Positions 36,470 to 50,844 of a DNA stretch of 64,000 nt are shown here, one piece after another. Position numbers and translations under genes: made by a program. Position 1 is the first letter of the stretch; every line of letters begins with the position of its first letter. Where the stretch lies: positions 169,572,001 to 169,636,000 of the forward strand of contig NC_086097.1 of NCBI RefSeq assembly GCF_963921235.1, given 5' to 3'. Under the pieces are notes generated by a model. That model had not been told where the DNA came from. It did no database searches and saw nothing but the letters and a program-made list of their open reading frames with translations. This DNA is from Mobula hypostoma (taxonomy: Eukaryota).

Positions 36470-39460
36470 ACAACCCTGAGATTCATTTTCTTGCAGACAT
36501 AATCAATTCATAATAGAGTCAATGAAAGACTGCACCAACTTGGGCGTTCAATCAGTGTGCAAAAGACAACAAACTGCAAATGCAAAAGGAAAGAAATAAT
36601 AATAAATAAGCAATAAATATCAAAAACATGAGACGAAGATTCCTTGAAAGTCAGTACATAGATTCTGGGAGTATTTCAATGATGGGGCAAGTGAAATTGA
36701 GTGAAGTTGATTGAAATTATCCCCTTTGGTTCAAGACCATGATGGTTGAGAAGTAATAATTGTTCCTAAGCCTGGTGGTATTGGTTCTGAGGCTCCTGTA
36801 TCACTTTCCTGATGGTAGCACTGAGAAGAGAGTATGTCCTGGGTGGTCAGGATCAGATGATGCTTTCATTCAAGAACACTTCATGCGGATGTGCTCAGTA
36901 TTGGGGAGGGTTTTACCTGCGATGGACTGGCATATCCAGTACTTTTTGTAGGATTTTCCATTCAGCAGCATTGGTGTTTCCATATCAGGCTGTGATATGG
37001 AATCAATATACTCTCCACCACATACTTTGTCAAAGTTTTAGATGTCATGCTGAATTTTGGCAAACTGGTGGAAGTAGAGATGTTGCTGTACTTCATAATT
37101 GCACTTGTGAGCTGGGCCCAGGACAAGTCCTCCAAAATGATAACACTGAGGAATTTAAAGTTGTTGACCATCTCCACCGCTGTTCCTCCGATGCGGACTG
37201 ACTGATGGACCTCTGATTTCCTCTTCCTGAAGTCACTAATCAGCTCCTTGGTTTTGCTGACATTGTGTAAGAGGTTGTTGTTATGGCACCAACCGTGTTG
37301 AATTTGGCACTGGAGCTGTGTTTAGCCACACAGTTATAAGTGTAAAGTGGGTAGAGCAGGGGGGCTAAGCACACAGCCCTGTGCATCTGTACTAATGGAG
37401 ATTGTGGATGAGATATTGTTGCCAAACTGAACTGACTGGGATCTGTAAGTGAGGAAACTGAGGATCCATTTGCACAAGGAGGTGTTGAGGCCAAGGGCTT
37501 GAAGCTTAGTGATTAGTTTTGAGGGAATGATGGTATTGAATGCTGAGCTGTAGTTGATTGCTGTAGCTGTCTTGATTTGTGCATCTTTGCTGTCCAGATA
37601 TTCCAGGGTTGAGTGAAGAGCCAGTGCAGTGGGATTTACTGTGGACCTGTTGTGCTGGTAGGCAAATTGGATTGGTCTAATTTGCTTCTCAGGAAGGAGC
37701 TGATATGGTTCATCACCAACTTCTCAAAACACTTCATGTAAGTGCTACTGGACGGTAGTCATTGAGGCAGGTTACCATGGTTTTCTTAGGCACCGGTATA
37801 AGTGAAGTCTGGTTGAAGGCAGGTGGGTACCACAGACTGCCTGATCAAGAGGTTAAAGATTTCAGTGAGCACTCCAGCCAGTTGATCAGCACAGATATAT
37901 AGTACTTGGCCTTGTATCCCATCTGGGCCCAATGCTTTATGTGGATTTACCCTCCTGAAGACTGCTCAAACGTCAGCCTCAGAAACTGAAATTCCAGGGT
38001 GCTGCTGGAGTTTGTGATAGCTCTTCAGTGTTTTAACAGTCAAAGCTAGCATAGAAGGTACTGAGCTCATCTGGAGTGAAATGAAGCCCTGTTGTCACTT
38101 ATGTCGCTTCATTTCAATTCATGTAAGGTGATAGCATTTAAGCCTTGCCACAATTCTCATCCATCCTTCATTGATTCAAGTTTGTTTGGAATTTCCACTT
38201 CGCCCATAAGATGACTTTTTGGAGATTGTACCTGGACCTTTTGTAACTTTTTTGGTCACCAGCCTTGAATGCCTCTGACCTGGCCCCTAGTAGATTGTGG
38301 ATCTCATGGTTCATCCAGGGCTTCTCTGATTTTGTGAGGACCGAGTCATCTACAACTGTTTAAATAAAGTCCACTACAAGCATGGTTTATTCATTCAGAT
38401 TCATAGATTGAGCTTTTGAACAGGGCCCATTCCACCAACTCAAAGCAATCCCATAGCCCCCACTCTGGCTCCCACGACCACTTCTTTGTTGTCGTAATCT
38501 CTGAAGCTTAGCTCTTCAGCCGCTACCTGAATATAGGTAGAAGGACAGACGAGATCAGATTTACTGAAATGCAGTCTGGGCATTCTTTATCTTAGTATAA
38601 AAGTGGTCTAATATGTTGGGACTTCTGGTGCTACAGGTTATATGCTGATTGTAATTGGGAAGAGAGATCTTCAAAAAAACCTGGTTATGACTTTGATTTG
38701 AAATAATGCTTCGGAGTGGACGGTTTCTTGTTTGGTGACAGCACCCATGCAGTATCTTAAGCACTTGATGATAGTCGGCAGCTGGTGGTTTGTAAAATGC
38801 AGTCTGGATTATGGAGGAGATCTCCCTGGATAAATAGAATAGACAGTCTTTCACAGTTAGATGTTCCAAGTCAGGGGAATATGAGTTCATCAAAACCGCC
38901 ACATCGGAGCACCACTGAGAGTTTATAAAGAAGCATATACTTCCAGCTTTTGCCGTTTCCGAATCAGCTGTTCGGTCCATCTTTTGAATTGAGAAGCCTC
39001 CGGGTTTGATCACTGTATCTTGTGTGCTGGGAGTAAGCCATGTCTCGGTTACAATTAGAAAACAACAGTCTCTTATTTCCCTCTGATCAGCCATCTTGCC
39101 CTCAGGTCTTCAATTTTGTTCTTCAGTGACTGCACATTTGCCAAGATGCTGGATAGAAGGGATCCTATTCCTCTCTATTTCAGCCTGGTTTGGAGTACAC
39201 TCACCCCTCCTCTCTTCTCCCCCCCCCCCCGCCTGCTTCTGGCTACTTAAAGATGCCGTACCTGCTTGCTTGAGAGTTAAGCCTACCGAGTCCTTCAGAA
39301 GATTGTGAAATCTGTAGTTTATAAAGTCAATTTAAAAGTATATAGCTTAAAAAGAAATTACGTGCTGCCGATTGCAGTGAGAGTAATTCAAAGAGGTATA
39401 TCTAGAAGTGTTGTATGTAGCCTGCAGAAGGTTGCTGTTGTTCACTGGTGCCATCTTGCA
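36470..39460 (-). mobile_element. Near full-length but decayed Rex1/Babar LINE
   Basis: 5' head aagatggcacc (about 39458), APE endonuclease remnant LIVTETWL...LDHFY (38561-39094), RT remnants, and 3' UTR. Confidence 0.8.
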
Positions 39461-40419
39461 CCACCAAAATCCAGCACCAAGTTTTTGGTGTATTAAGTTG
39501 CCAAAATTCCTGTCCAGTATTGTGTTGGAGATATGACCCTTGTAATCAATATGACAATGCACCTGGCAAGTTGTGAAAGAATCACGGACTTGGTTCATTG
39601 GTCATTTTTTGTTTGGTTATACTGATATCTTGTTTAGTTTGCTTTATGTTCCCAAGAGCAAGTGTTCATGGAATTAGTGCTTAAAGGGTTTGTGATAGCA
39701 TTTTTTTAGATGTATAACAAAACCACTGTGCTGAGAATCTGGAATAACTGTAGCCATGAATCAATCCCTGGCTCAGTATGGAGAGTGTGCCTGTGAAGGG
39801 TGGTGTTGGTCAGGCAGGGGTGAGCAGTGTGGCCTTGCAGAGTTGAGATGGGCATGTAGAACTGTAGGGTGCACTTGGACAGCAGTCACTGAGCTTGTTA
39901 CTATAGAGCAGTCCCCAGGCTGCGGTGAGGTGTGCAGTTCAACAGAGCGGTGGCAACAGATTCTATCATGTCCAACTGAGAATTGGGGAATTTATAAAGT
40001 GCCAGTTGGTGTTTCATTGTGGTAGTGCTTATCTCAAGCAAATGTCTTTTTAAGTGTACGTACCTTGTGAATGTTCTGACATTAGGACCAATAAAGTTAC
40101 AAAGAATTGGGAGCCTACAAGGTAATGCTAAACAGAGCATTGATGGGTTGTTTAAAATCTTATTTTGCATATAGATTCCAGTTACTGAACTGACAAACCA
40201 GTGAACAAAATGTATTCAAACAGCATTTTGAATAATTCAGCAAGTTTAAGTAGCTCTAGCATTTATAGATGTAAAGTGTTGCCTCCAAAAGGGCTTTTTA
40301 AATTTTGGATAGAAGAACATGCCATGTGCAATATCTTCAAAGATTTTTCTATGCATAAATAATAGCATAGTATTTTTGCTTGTTATTTTGGTTTCACAAT
40401 TGGAAATGAGAAAGAAAGA

Positions 40420-40822
40420 ATCCACTACCCAGGCCATGCTGTCTTCTCACTACTGCCACCAGGAAGAAGGTAAAGGTGTCTCAGGATCCACACCACCAGG
40501 TTCAGGAACAGTTATTACCCCTCAGCCATCAGGCTTTTGAACCGGGGGGATAACTTCACAGAGGGGGAACACTTCACAACAACCTATGGATTCACCTCAT
40601 GTTCTCGATATTTATTGCTTATTTTTTGTTTTTTTTTCCTTCTGTATTTGCCCAGTTTGTCTTTTTCACATTGGATGTTTGTCTGTCCTGTTGGGTGAGG
40701 TCTTTCATTTATTCTATTATGTTTTTTGAAGTTACTGAGTATGCCTGCAAGAAAACAAATCTTGGGGTTGTATATGGTGACATATACAATGTACTTTGAT
40801 AATAAATTTACTTTGCACTTTG
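40420..40822 (+). mobile_element. Rex-type LINE 3' fragment
   Basis: HYPGHAVFSLLP.GRR / TTRFRNSY remnant and gataataaatttactttg tail. Confidence 0.7.
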
Positions 40823-40974
40823 AAGAATCTGCTGCATTGCAGTGCTGCATAATATCTTAAGGAATATTTCCTGTTCTAACAAACTCTGTTCTTTCTGAAG
40901 ACTCATCAGTCCCATGGTTGATTTAAATATTTGCTCGCTGGAATTTTTCAAACTAGGCATTCTTTTTTGTTTGT

Positions 40975-42540
40975 AGCATTGATGCTGCCTTCAAGTCTGG
41001 TGATGGAAGAGCTCTCAGAGCAGACAGGACAAGCCTCATGAGGGCAAAGGCCGCCTGCGCACAAACAATCAACAACACTTGTCCAATAATGATCCCCAGT
41101 GTACGTGGCTGGCCATTGAGGGCATTACTGACTACTCAAGGAAAAACAATGTCAACTGTATCAGTGATGCCTCACTCCCCAACACTAAACAACTTTCAAT
41201 TTTCCCCCACCCCCCAATTCAGGTGAGCAGCCACTGTCTGTAATAGCAACAGATGTGAGACAGACTCTGCAGAGTGTCAGCCCCCTCTGGGGCTGCTGGG
41301 CTGGACAGCATCACAGGCCGAATATTCAGGGAGCATGCACACCTGCTTACTGACGTCTTCTAGGACATTGTCAACACTTTTCTCACATGCTTCAAATCAG
41401 CCACCATCACTATACCACCAAACTCTACGACTTCAAAACTAAACAATTACCTCCTGCTGGCACTGATGCCAATCATCATAAAATGCTTAGAATGGCTGGT
41501 AAAGTCACATATCAGAAATTCCATCCCAGCCACACTGGACATTCACTACTACGTTTACTGACAGAACTGCTCTATGACACATACCACGGCATCTGTCATA
41601 CACCAGGCACTGACACACCTAGAAAACCTTGACGCTGGTGGTCTCATTACCAACAACGATGATTTAGCCTACAAAGAAGAGGTGGAAGACTCTGTGCTGT
41701 CTGGTAAATAAACTCTCCCTCAATGCCAACAGGACCAAGGAGATGGATATTGACTTGCACCACTCATACCCCTCTTTACATTGGCGGCACAGCAGTGGAA
41801 ACTGCGAGCATTTTCAAAATCCTGGGAGTGCACGTCTTTCTTGCACAACCTCTCACGGTCTCAGAACACATCCTACACAATCAAGAAAGCTCACCAACGC
41901 CTCTAGTTTATGAGGAAGCCGAAGAGAGCTGGACTATGCACATCAGTACTCACAGCCTTCTACAAATGCACAGTAGAGAGCATCGGAGGATCCTGCATCA
42001 CTGCATGGCATGGAAACTGGATTGTGGTGGACAGGAAGGCTTTACTATGGGTCGTCAAAACTGTCTCAACACATCAGTAACATGAGCCTACCCACCATCA
42101 AAGACATGTATCCAGAAAAATCCCAGAAGAAGACCATCAATATCATGAAGGATTCCGCCCATCCTGCTATTGGACTTTGTCCCAGTCCTATCAGCGAGGA
42201 TGCGTAGTATCCATGTCAGGACCAGCAGACTCAAAGGCAAGTTACTTCCCTCAAGCAGTAAGGCTGGTCAACTCCTCTACTCACTAACCCACTCCTCCAC
42301 AATCCCCACTACCCCTACTTTATCATTTCTTGTCAGTCACCTTATGTACAGACACTCCAGTAAAGCGTCACTTTATGTACATGTAATCAATCTATGTATA
42401 TAAGCTATCTTATGTATTGTTTTTATTTTAGTGTTCTTTATCTTGTACACTTTTTATATGCTGCATCAGATCCGGAGCAACAGTTATTTTGTTCTCTTTT
42501 ATAGTGGAAATGACACTAAACAGTTTTGAATGTTGAATCT
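40975..42540 (+). mobile_element. Degenerate, internally deleted Rex-type LINE
   Basis: AAG.DSI.GR, FK.LGVH and FYKCTVES remnants; ttgaatct-type tail. Confidence 0.6.
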
Positions 42541-43941
42541 TGTACTGTGGTGCACTGTTCTGTTTTATGGACTCAAAAATGCATTTTAGTTAACATATTG
42601 TTAACATTATCAGAACAGCACAGGAACAAGTCTTTGATGTATGTTAAGCTAATGACATCACATGGTCCATATCACTCCATTCTCTGTGTATTCATCTGCC
42701 TATCTGCGAGCCTTTTAAGTCCCTTTATCAAATCTATTATTAAAAATGGCAAAAAGTAATCTGAAATGCTTTTCCAGCCACTTCTGCAGGCATCTGCTGC
42801 TATGTGGGAATTTGTTTCTTGGCTGCATTTCCAACTTGCAAACTGGGAACCCTGTGGTAACCTGGGGAGAACCTGCAACTTGACTAACAGTGCATTCAAC
42901 CAATTGCTTACCAGATCAATAATTTTTCTTCAGTTCAATGAGCTTCAATGTTTTTCGATGGTCTTGATAAAGAATTGCATCAAATAACTTCTAGAAGTTC
43001 TGAATCATACGTAGATACTCCGCTGACTACACTGCACATAGTCTGATAGCATTTTGAGGTAAATGGATGACTTAATTCACTTTTTGCAGCAGTCATTGGG
43101 CCAATTGTGCTTGGGAATTCTGTGAAAAGCAGAAACTAAGATGTAATTAGACCTGTAACATCAGCCAAAACTCTTGCCAATCAAATTGTCTGAAGCCAGC
43201 AATTAACTCAGTGTAAGTGCTGAAAGGATCACAGACTTGGTTCATTGCTCATATTTTGCTTTGTAATTTGAGGAACAATGTGTAGGACATAAAACTACAG
43301 CAGAGGAACAGACCATTTGGCCAGTGATGTCTGTGCCGAGCATGATATGATATCAAACTAATACCTTCTGCGGCTCGTGATGCATATCCCTTCATTCCCT
43401 GTATATTTATGAATCTATCTTGCACTTGCATGGGAATGTAGAAATTGTTTGAAACGTAATTTAACTATCAATACATCTCAGCCATCTATATCCAAATCTA
43501 GATCAATACTTCATGCTTCTAAGTGATCTGTCAAAATAGATGTCTTCTTGTTTAAAGAATCTTCTTGTAACTTGATCCACATGGTACACAAGTAAAGCCA
43601 TTGATCTCAATGCACATAATTGTTAGGCTTCTGTATGAATATAAGAGAATAAGATGAAACAAAATACAAATAGCACAAGTTTGGGATGTGCATAATATTT
43701 TCCTTGAGGAATCTGAAAATTGTGCCTCTAGTTTAAATTGATTGATTGAGCCAGAAGTGCCATTGATTTTGCCAGAAGAAACACTAATAGTAAGGTTATT
43801 CTTAGTTTTTTTTCTGTCACTTGTAATTTTTAAAAATAAAGTCAAATGATTTATCATTTGTGTTGTTACCTCCCTGTCAGATTTCAAGTTGCAGGTGTGC
43901 AACATTGCACTTAATTAAACTTAAGCAATACTGAAGTCTGG

Positions 43942-46900
43942 TGTTATGTTTTGTAACTCCAGAAATGATTGGAAGAAAAACAGAGGTCTGGGATCTTGTC
44001 TTAATCTTTCTTTAGTAAGGCGCTCACATGCGGTTTGGTGGCATAATGACGTATGCCATGCATGTACTACTTGCGTATAATCCTCAATGAAATTATGTTA
44101 ACAAACAAAGAATGCTGAATGAAACAATACATTTACAATCTTAATTGTATGGCTGAAATTTTAAATGCACTATACTCCTCCCTGCGTGGCTATGAACTCC
44201 AACTCAATATAGAATGCACTCGACTCAAATATGTAATGTATTGCTGTCTGGAACTCAGCATCTGTGTAAAAGAGTACAGTTGACGTTTTAGGCCAAGACT
44301 CTTTAGCAGGGCTGGAGAAAAAAAGATGAGTTGAGTTAAAGGGGAGGGGAGGGAGAAACACAAGGTGATAGGTGATACCAGGGGGTGGGGGAAGAACAGG
44401 TGAAGTAAAGAGCTGGGAAGTTGATTGGTGAAAGAAATACAGGGCTGGAGAAGGCGGGGGGGGGGCAGAAGAGGACAGAAGGCCATTGAAGAAAAGAGGG
44501 GGGGAAGAGTACCAGAAGAAAGTGATGGGCAGGCGAGGAGATAAGGTGAGAGAGGGAAAAGGAGATGGGGAGTGGTGGGGGGGGGGGGGGCGGTTGGTAT
44601 CCATTACCGGAAGTTTGAGAAATCAGTGTTTATGCCATCAAGTTGGAGGCTACCCAGACAGAATGTTAGGTGTTGTTCCTCCAACCTGAGTGTGGCCTCA
44701 TCATGACAGTAGAGGAGGCCATGGATAGACACATTGAAATGGGAACGGGAAGTAGAATTAAAATGGGTGGCCACTGGGAGATCTCACTTTTTCTGGCAGA
44801 TGGAGTGTAGCTGCCCAGAGAAGCAGTCTCTCAGTTTACGTTGGGTCTCACCGATATACAGGAGGCCACACTGGGAGCATCAGGCACAGTATATAATCCC
44901 AACAGATTCACAGGTGAAGTATCACCTCACCTGGAAGGACTGTTTGGGACCCTGAATCGCAGTGAGGGAGGAGTTGTAGGGGCAGGTGTAGCAGCTGTTC
45001 TGCTTGCAAGGATGAGTGCCAGGAGGGAGATCAGTGAGGAGGGATGAATGGACAAGGGAGTCGCCTAGGGAGTGATCCCTCAACAAAGCAGAAAGTGGAG
45101 GAGGGAAAGATGTGCTTGGTGGTGGAATCCCGTTTGAGATTGTGGAAGTTTCAGAGAATTATGTGCTGGACGTGGAGGCTGGTGGGGTGGTAGGTGAGGA
45201 CAAGTGGAACCCTATCCCTGGTAGGGTTGCGGGAGGATGGGGTGAGAACAGAGGCAGTGGACTACCTATGCTCCGTCCACCAGAAAAAGTGGGATCACCC
45301 AGTGGCCATCCATTTTAATTCCACTTCCCATTCAGATATGTCTATCCATAGATTCTGCTAATGTGATGAAACCACACTCAGGTTGGACAAACAACACCTT
45401 GTATTCCGCCTGACTAGCCTCCAACCTGATGGCATGAACTTTGATTTCTTGGACTTTTGGTAATGCCCACCCACCCCCTTCAACATTCCTCATCCCCTTT
45501 TCCCTCTCTCACTTTATCTCCCTACCTGCCCATCACCTCCTGGTGCTCCTCACCCTTTCTTCCATGGCCTCCCATCCTTTCCTATTAGATTTCCCCCTTT
45601 TACAGCCCTGTATCCCTTTCACCAATCAACTTCTCAGCTCTTTACTTCACCCCTCTCCCTCCTGGTTTCACCTATCACCTTGTGTTTCTCCCACCCCTCC
45701 CTCTCCTTTTAACTCTACTCCTCATCTTTTTTTCACCAGTCCTGCTTGAAGGTTCTTGGCCTGAAATGTTGATTGTACTCTTTTCCATGGATGCTGCCTG
45801 GGCTGCTGATTTCCTCCAGCATTTTGTGTGTTGCTTGGATCACCAGCATGTGCAGATTTTCCCTTGTTTATGTACGCTCTTTCATTTTATTTATTGACTC
45901 TGCTCTCCTCGATGTATCGTCCTGAGATGACATCACCTTTGATCTCCTCTTTAGTCCCTTGTCAGGACTGCTTGTCCAGGTGTGAAACAATGAACTTCCT
46001 TGTTAGAGAAGCCAACAATTTGTCTCAACTGTTTCTTCTGTACACTCCTGAGATTGGGTTTGAGGAGATCCAAGCATGAACGCATGGATGAAGCAGGGAC
46101 GGCACAGTTGTTGGTTGTAGATTGTGCTGCATTGCGGTATGCAAGGAGGAAATTGGTGAGCTTCTGATTCGGTGTCAGTGTAGTGTGTTCTGCTGACATT
46201 GCTTGCAGGGCGTTCTTTACACTCTGGGCAAACCTGTCTGTTAGATAGTACAGTGTAGATGTAAAATGTCTTATTCCATTGGTTTTCAGGAATGACAGAA
46301 ACTGTTCCACAACAAAATGTGGTCCATTGTCACTAAGCGTCTGGAACACCAGTCCTTGAGAAGAGGCTTCTTAACACATCCACAGTGTGCCAGACTGTAG
46401 TGGAGGCTATTGGGGAACACTTCTGGCCAATTAGTAGCTGTATCCATTGCTACCAAAAAATTTGTGTGCATGAATGGTCTGGCAAAATCCATATGAATCC
46501 TCCACCAGGGTAATGCAGGTCATTCCGAGCGAAGGAGAGGCACTTCTCTTGGCATCTTCTGGATGTTTTGGCATCCCAAATAGAGCTGCCAACTGTGCGA
46601 TCTGGCAAGCTGCTCAATCCCAGGCCTGCACACAAAGCTTCAAGCCGATGTTTTTATTTTGACTACGCCCAGACATCCAGCCTTTAGGTCCTCTAATACC
46701 TTACTCTCAGTTTAGATGGTACAACACCTCTTAATCCCTACATAAGGCGACCCCCATCAAGGGCAAGTTCATCTGATGTTGGTAAAAGTGATGGAACTAG
46801 GATTTCTGCTGCACATTCTAGCCATTGTGAGTAGCCATGTAGACCTGAGACAGTATGGGGTCTTTTCTGGTGTCCTTTTTGATAATCTCTGCCATAATAG

Positions 46901-47350
46901 GGAAACTTTCAATACGCATTCGGGTGAATACATCAAAAGGAATGTCCTCTTTGTTCATTTTTCAGTTATTATCTTTCCAAGGGTAAATGGGACAATTCAT
47001 CAGCATTTCCATGATTAATTGTGCTCTTGAATTTGATCTTGTAATTGTGTCTTCCAAGAAACAGAGCCCATCTCTGCTGCTGCTGCTGTTAGTGGCTCAC
47101 CCTTCTGTGGATTGAAAATGGCCATGAGTAGTTGGTGATTAGTTATGAAGGTAAAGTCTCTTCCATGCAGATACTGGTTGAAATGTTTTACACCCCAAAC
47201 CAGACTCGAGGCCTCTCTGTCAAGCTGTGCATAATTTTTCTCTGCAGTGGTGTTGGAATGTGATGCAAAGATGGGGTGTTCACTTCCTACACTCAAAATG
47301 TGACATGACTACACCTATACCATAAGGCAAAGCATAGCAGGCAAGCAGCT
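43942..47350 (-). mobile_element. Ty3/Gypsy LTR retrotransposon remnant: 3' LTR (43942-44174), PPT (44175-44183), integrase and RNase H (45890-47350), split by Penelope
   Basis: Minus-strand AGGGAGGAG polypurine tract abuts an about 233-bp LTR-like block; SDNGPHF...NGIRH integrase and AEKNYAQLDREA..WGVKHFNQYL RNase H remnants. Confidence 0.75.
44248..45872. mobile_element. Penelope-like insertion with inverted halves (minus about 44248-45250, plus about 45270-45872)
   Basis: Both halves carry the GIY-YIG C-terminus and tail, pointing outward; both hammerhead cores are degenerate. Confidence 0.8.
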
Positions 47351-47489
47351 GATGCTATTTGGCTTGAATACACTGAGCAAAGAAACTCCGCAGTGATCTC
47401 CTAGAGCTTGGGCTGTTTGGCAGCTAACAGTCATCCTTGTCTACCTTTTGATAAGATGCAATTTCAACTGAAGTATTTTTCTAATAATA

Positions 47490-47770
47490 TACACAAATTG
47501 CTGGAGGAACTCTTCAGGCCTTATAGCATCTATGGAAAAGAGTAAACGGTTGATGTTTTGGGTCGAGACCCTTCATCAGGACTGAGGGGGAAGAGAGATC
47601 AACAGTCAGAGTAAGAAGGTGGAGGAAAAAGATGAAGAAGTCCAAGTCAGTAGATGATGGGTGAAACCAGGAGATTTGGGGGGGGGGGTTGAATTAAAGA
47701 GCTGGGAAGTTGATTGGTGAAAGAGATAAAGGGCTGGAGAAGGGGGAATCTGACAGGAGAGGACAGATAA
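47490..47770 (-). mobile_element. Penelope tail fragment with mutated hammerhead
   Basis: Minus strand reads CAGTC CTGATGA AGGGTCTCGACCC AAAAC ATC AACC. Confidence 0.7.
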
Positions 47771-48189
47771 GTATTTTCCCGTTTGTCTTGATGCAATGTT
47801 CAGTCAAATGCTACCTTGATGTAAAAGAGAGACTCCCATTTGGGAGTTGATTGATTGTGAGTTAGTGAACTATTATTTTACCATATCTTTTGTACTGGAC
47901 TTACTACATTTTATATGTCAGTTTTATGACTGTAAAGAACAGCTCGGCTGGAGAGTAGCTAATTTTGAAGTATAGCCTTCAGTGTGAGAGTTTTTTTTGT
48001 TGTTTTTTTAGTTTTTCTGGCTTTTGCCGCAAACAGTGCTTCTTTCCATTTTTTATTATCATTTGGAGTCAATTTAATTGACTCAAGACTGGCTTCTTGA
48101 TTGTGGCTTTTGAGGGGCATCTTGTGTAGATTGTCCTCACCATTTCTCAGTGATGATGCTTGTTATACTTTGGTTTTGGTAGATTATTC

Positions 48190-50325
48190 TCACAGGTACC
48201 AATGTACAGTGAAAAGCTTGTCTCGCATACTGTTTAGGCAGATCAAACATTACACAGCACATTGAGCTTTAATAAAGTAAAATAATAACAATGCAGAATA
48301 AAGTGTAAAAGCTACCAAAAGAATGCAGAGCAGGTAAAGATAAAGTGCAAGATCATAAAGAGGTGGATTTGGAGGCCCAGAGTCCACCTTCGTATATGAT
48401 TGGCCTGATAATCATAGGCCTAAGAGTCTGATAACAGTGGGAAAGAAGCTGTCCTTGAGCTGTACATACTTCCAGGCTTTTGTGTTGCTGCCTGATGGGA
48501 GAGGGGAGAATGTCCAAGGTGGGTGAGATCTTTGTTTATTGTAGCTAAGCATTTCTCCATTCCACTTGCTAATGTTAACTGACCATTCTGATTGTATTCT
48601 GGCTGATATTCCATCAGGAAGCATCCAGTTAAAAAATACATAAACCTGCTACCTACTGGCCATAGTTGTGTAGCAATTTGTATAACACTTAACAGCAACA
48701 GTGATCACCGATCAGGATTCAATTCCAGCTGCTGTATGTGGGGTTTTTTTTGTACGTTCTCTCTGTGATCATGTAGATTGCCTCCAGCTACTCTGGTTTC
48801 CTCCCACATTCAAAGACCTACAGTTGAGGTTAGTGAGTTGTAGGTATGCTATGTTGGTGCTGGAAGTGTGGCGACACTTGTAGGCTGCCCCCAGCAAAAT
48901 TCTCAGATGTGTTGGTCATAGGCGCAAACAACACATTTCACTGTATGTTTTGATGTGCATGTGACAAATAAAGCTAATCTTTAATCTCCTTCACTAAGAA
49001 TGAGAGAAGGGTAGATGGAGTCCATAGAGGGGAGGCTGGTTCCTGTGATATGCTGAGCTGTGTCCACGACTTACTGCAATTTCTTGTAGTCAAGCACAGA
49101 GCAATTGCCATGCCAAGCCTTTGTGCATCTAGACAGAATGCTTTCTGTGGTGCATTGATTAAAAATTGGTAAGTGTTGACAGGGACATGCTGAATTTCTT
49201 TAGCCTCGTTGATGAGCTTTGTTGGCCAAGACATCAATGTAGTTGGATCTAGACAGGCCGTTGACGTTCACATGCAGATATACGTGGCTCTCAGCCCTCT
49301 CAACTTCAACCGCATTGATGTCGACAGAAACATGTGCACCAGTCCCTTTCTGAAGTCGTGGATCAGCTCTGTTGTTGACGTTGAGGGGCTGAGCACATCT
49401 TCAGTGCCATATTCAAGTTTGCTGATGGGCCAAATCACAGGTAGTGACGAATTGGCATACAGAAGGGAAATTGAAAATCTGGCTGAGTGGTGCCACAACA
49501 ACAGCTGAATGTTAGCAAGGCCAAGAAGCTGATTATTGACTTCAGGAGGAGGAAACCAGAGGTCCATGAGCCAGTCTTCATTGGAAGATCAGAGATGGAG
49601 AAGGTCAGCAACTTTAAATTCCTTGGTGTTATTATTTTGGAGAACCTGGCTTGGGTCCTGCATGTAAGTGCAATTACGAGGAAAGCACTGCAGTGCCTCT
49701 GTTTCCTTTGGAGTTTGCTACGATTTGGCATGACATTTAAAACTTTGATAAACTATAGATGTGGAGTGGGGAGTATATTGAGTGGCTGCATCACAGCCTG
49801 GTGTGGAAACACCAATGCCCTTGAATAGAAAATCCTATAAAAAGTGGATACAACCCAGTCCATCATATGTAAAAACCCTTCCCAAGTTTCTGCGTTGTCG
49901 CAGGAAAGCAGCATCCGTCTTCAAGGGCCACCACCATCCAGGGCATGCTGTCTTCTCGCTGCTGCGCTCAGGAGGAAGGTACAGGAGCCTCTAGACTCAC
50001 ACGACCAAGTTCGGGAACAATTCAACTTTACTTGCGTCATCGTTGAAATGTTCCACCGACCAATGGACTCATTTTCAAGGATTCTTCATCTCGTTCTAGA
50101 TATTTATTGCTTATTTTATTTATTATTATTTCTTTTTGTATTTTCACATTTGTCTTTTGCACACTAGGTAAACACCCAAGTTGGTGTGGTCTCTCCTTGA
50201 TTCTATTATAAGTATTATTCTATTATGGATTTATTGAATATACCCACAAGAAAATGAATCTCAGGGTTCTATGTGGTGACACGTACTGCTCGTATTTTGA
50301 TAAATTTACTTCGAACTTTGAAGGT
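48190..50325. mobile_element. Cluster of Rex LINE fragments (minus about 48190-48530 and 48990-49390, plus about 49400-50325) and a V-SINE (plus about 48695-48985)
   Basis: AYRREIENLAEWC, FKFLGVII and GCITAWCG motifs; V-SINE core ctctggtttcctcccacattcaaagac. Confidence 0.7.
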
Positions 50326-50844
50326 GGCTATCATGACAACATGTCACTAAGTTCTATATCTCTGTATTCCGACTCATCGTTAGTTGAGATGTGGCTCCTT
50401 ATAGTGACATCCTCTATAAACTTTTAGATGGAGTTAGAGCAGAACCTGGCCATGAGGAGTGTACAGGGAGTAGAATAATTGTGGTGGATGTGTTGCTGAC
50501 TATCCTTACTAGTTACGGTGTGTTGGATACTTCGGTCTTCTCTGTACCGCTCAGCTGCTATGTTTTCCGTGGTGAATATTCTTGGGGCTTCCCCATTCTG
50601 TTAGTTGCTTAAATGTCCACCATCATTACTGATGTCCAATGCAAATTAGAGCAACAGCACTTTGTATTCTGCCTGGATGCTCTAAGACCCAATGATATGA
50701 ACGTTTCAATATTCCAGTTTCATTTCAATTTTCCAATTTCAGGTAGCCCTCAACCTCTGTTTTTATCTCCCTCCCTCCATTGCCACACTATTCTCTTTTT
50801 CCTTCCAATCCTTCTCCATTCCACCCATTTCATCCCCCTTCTGA

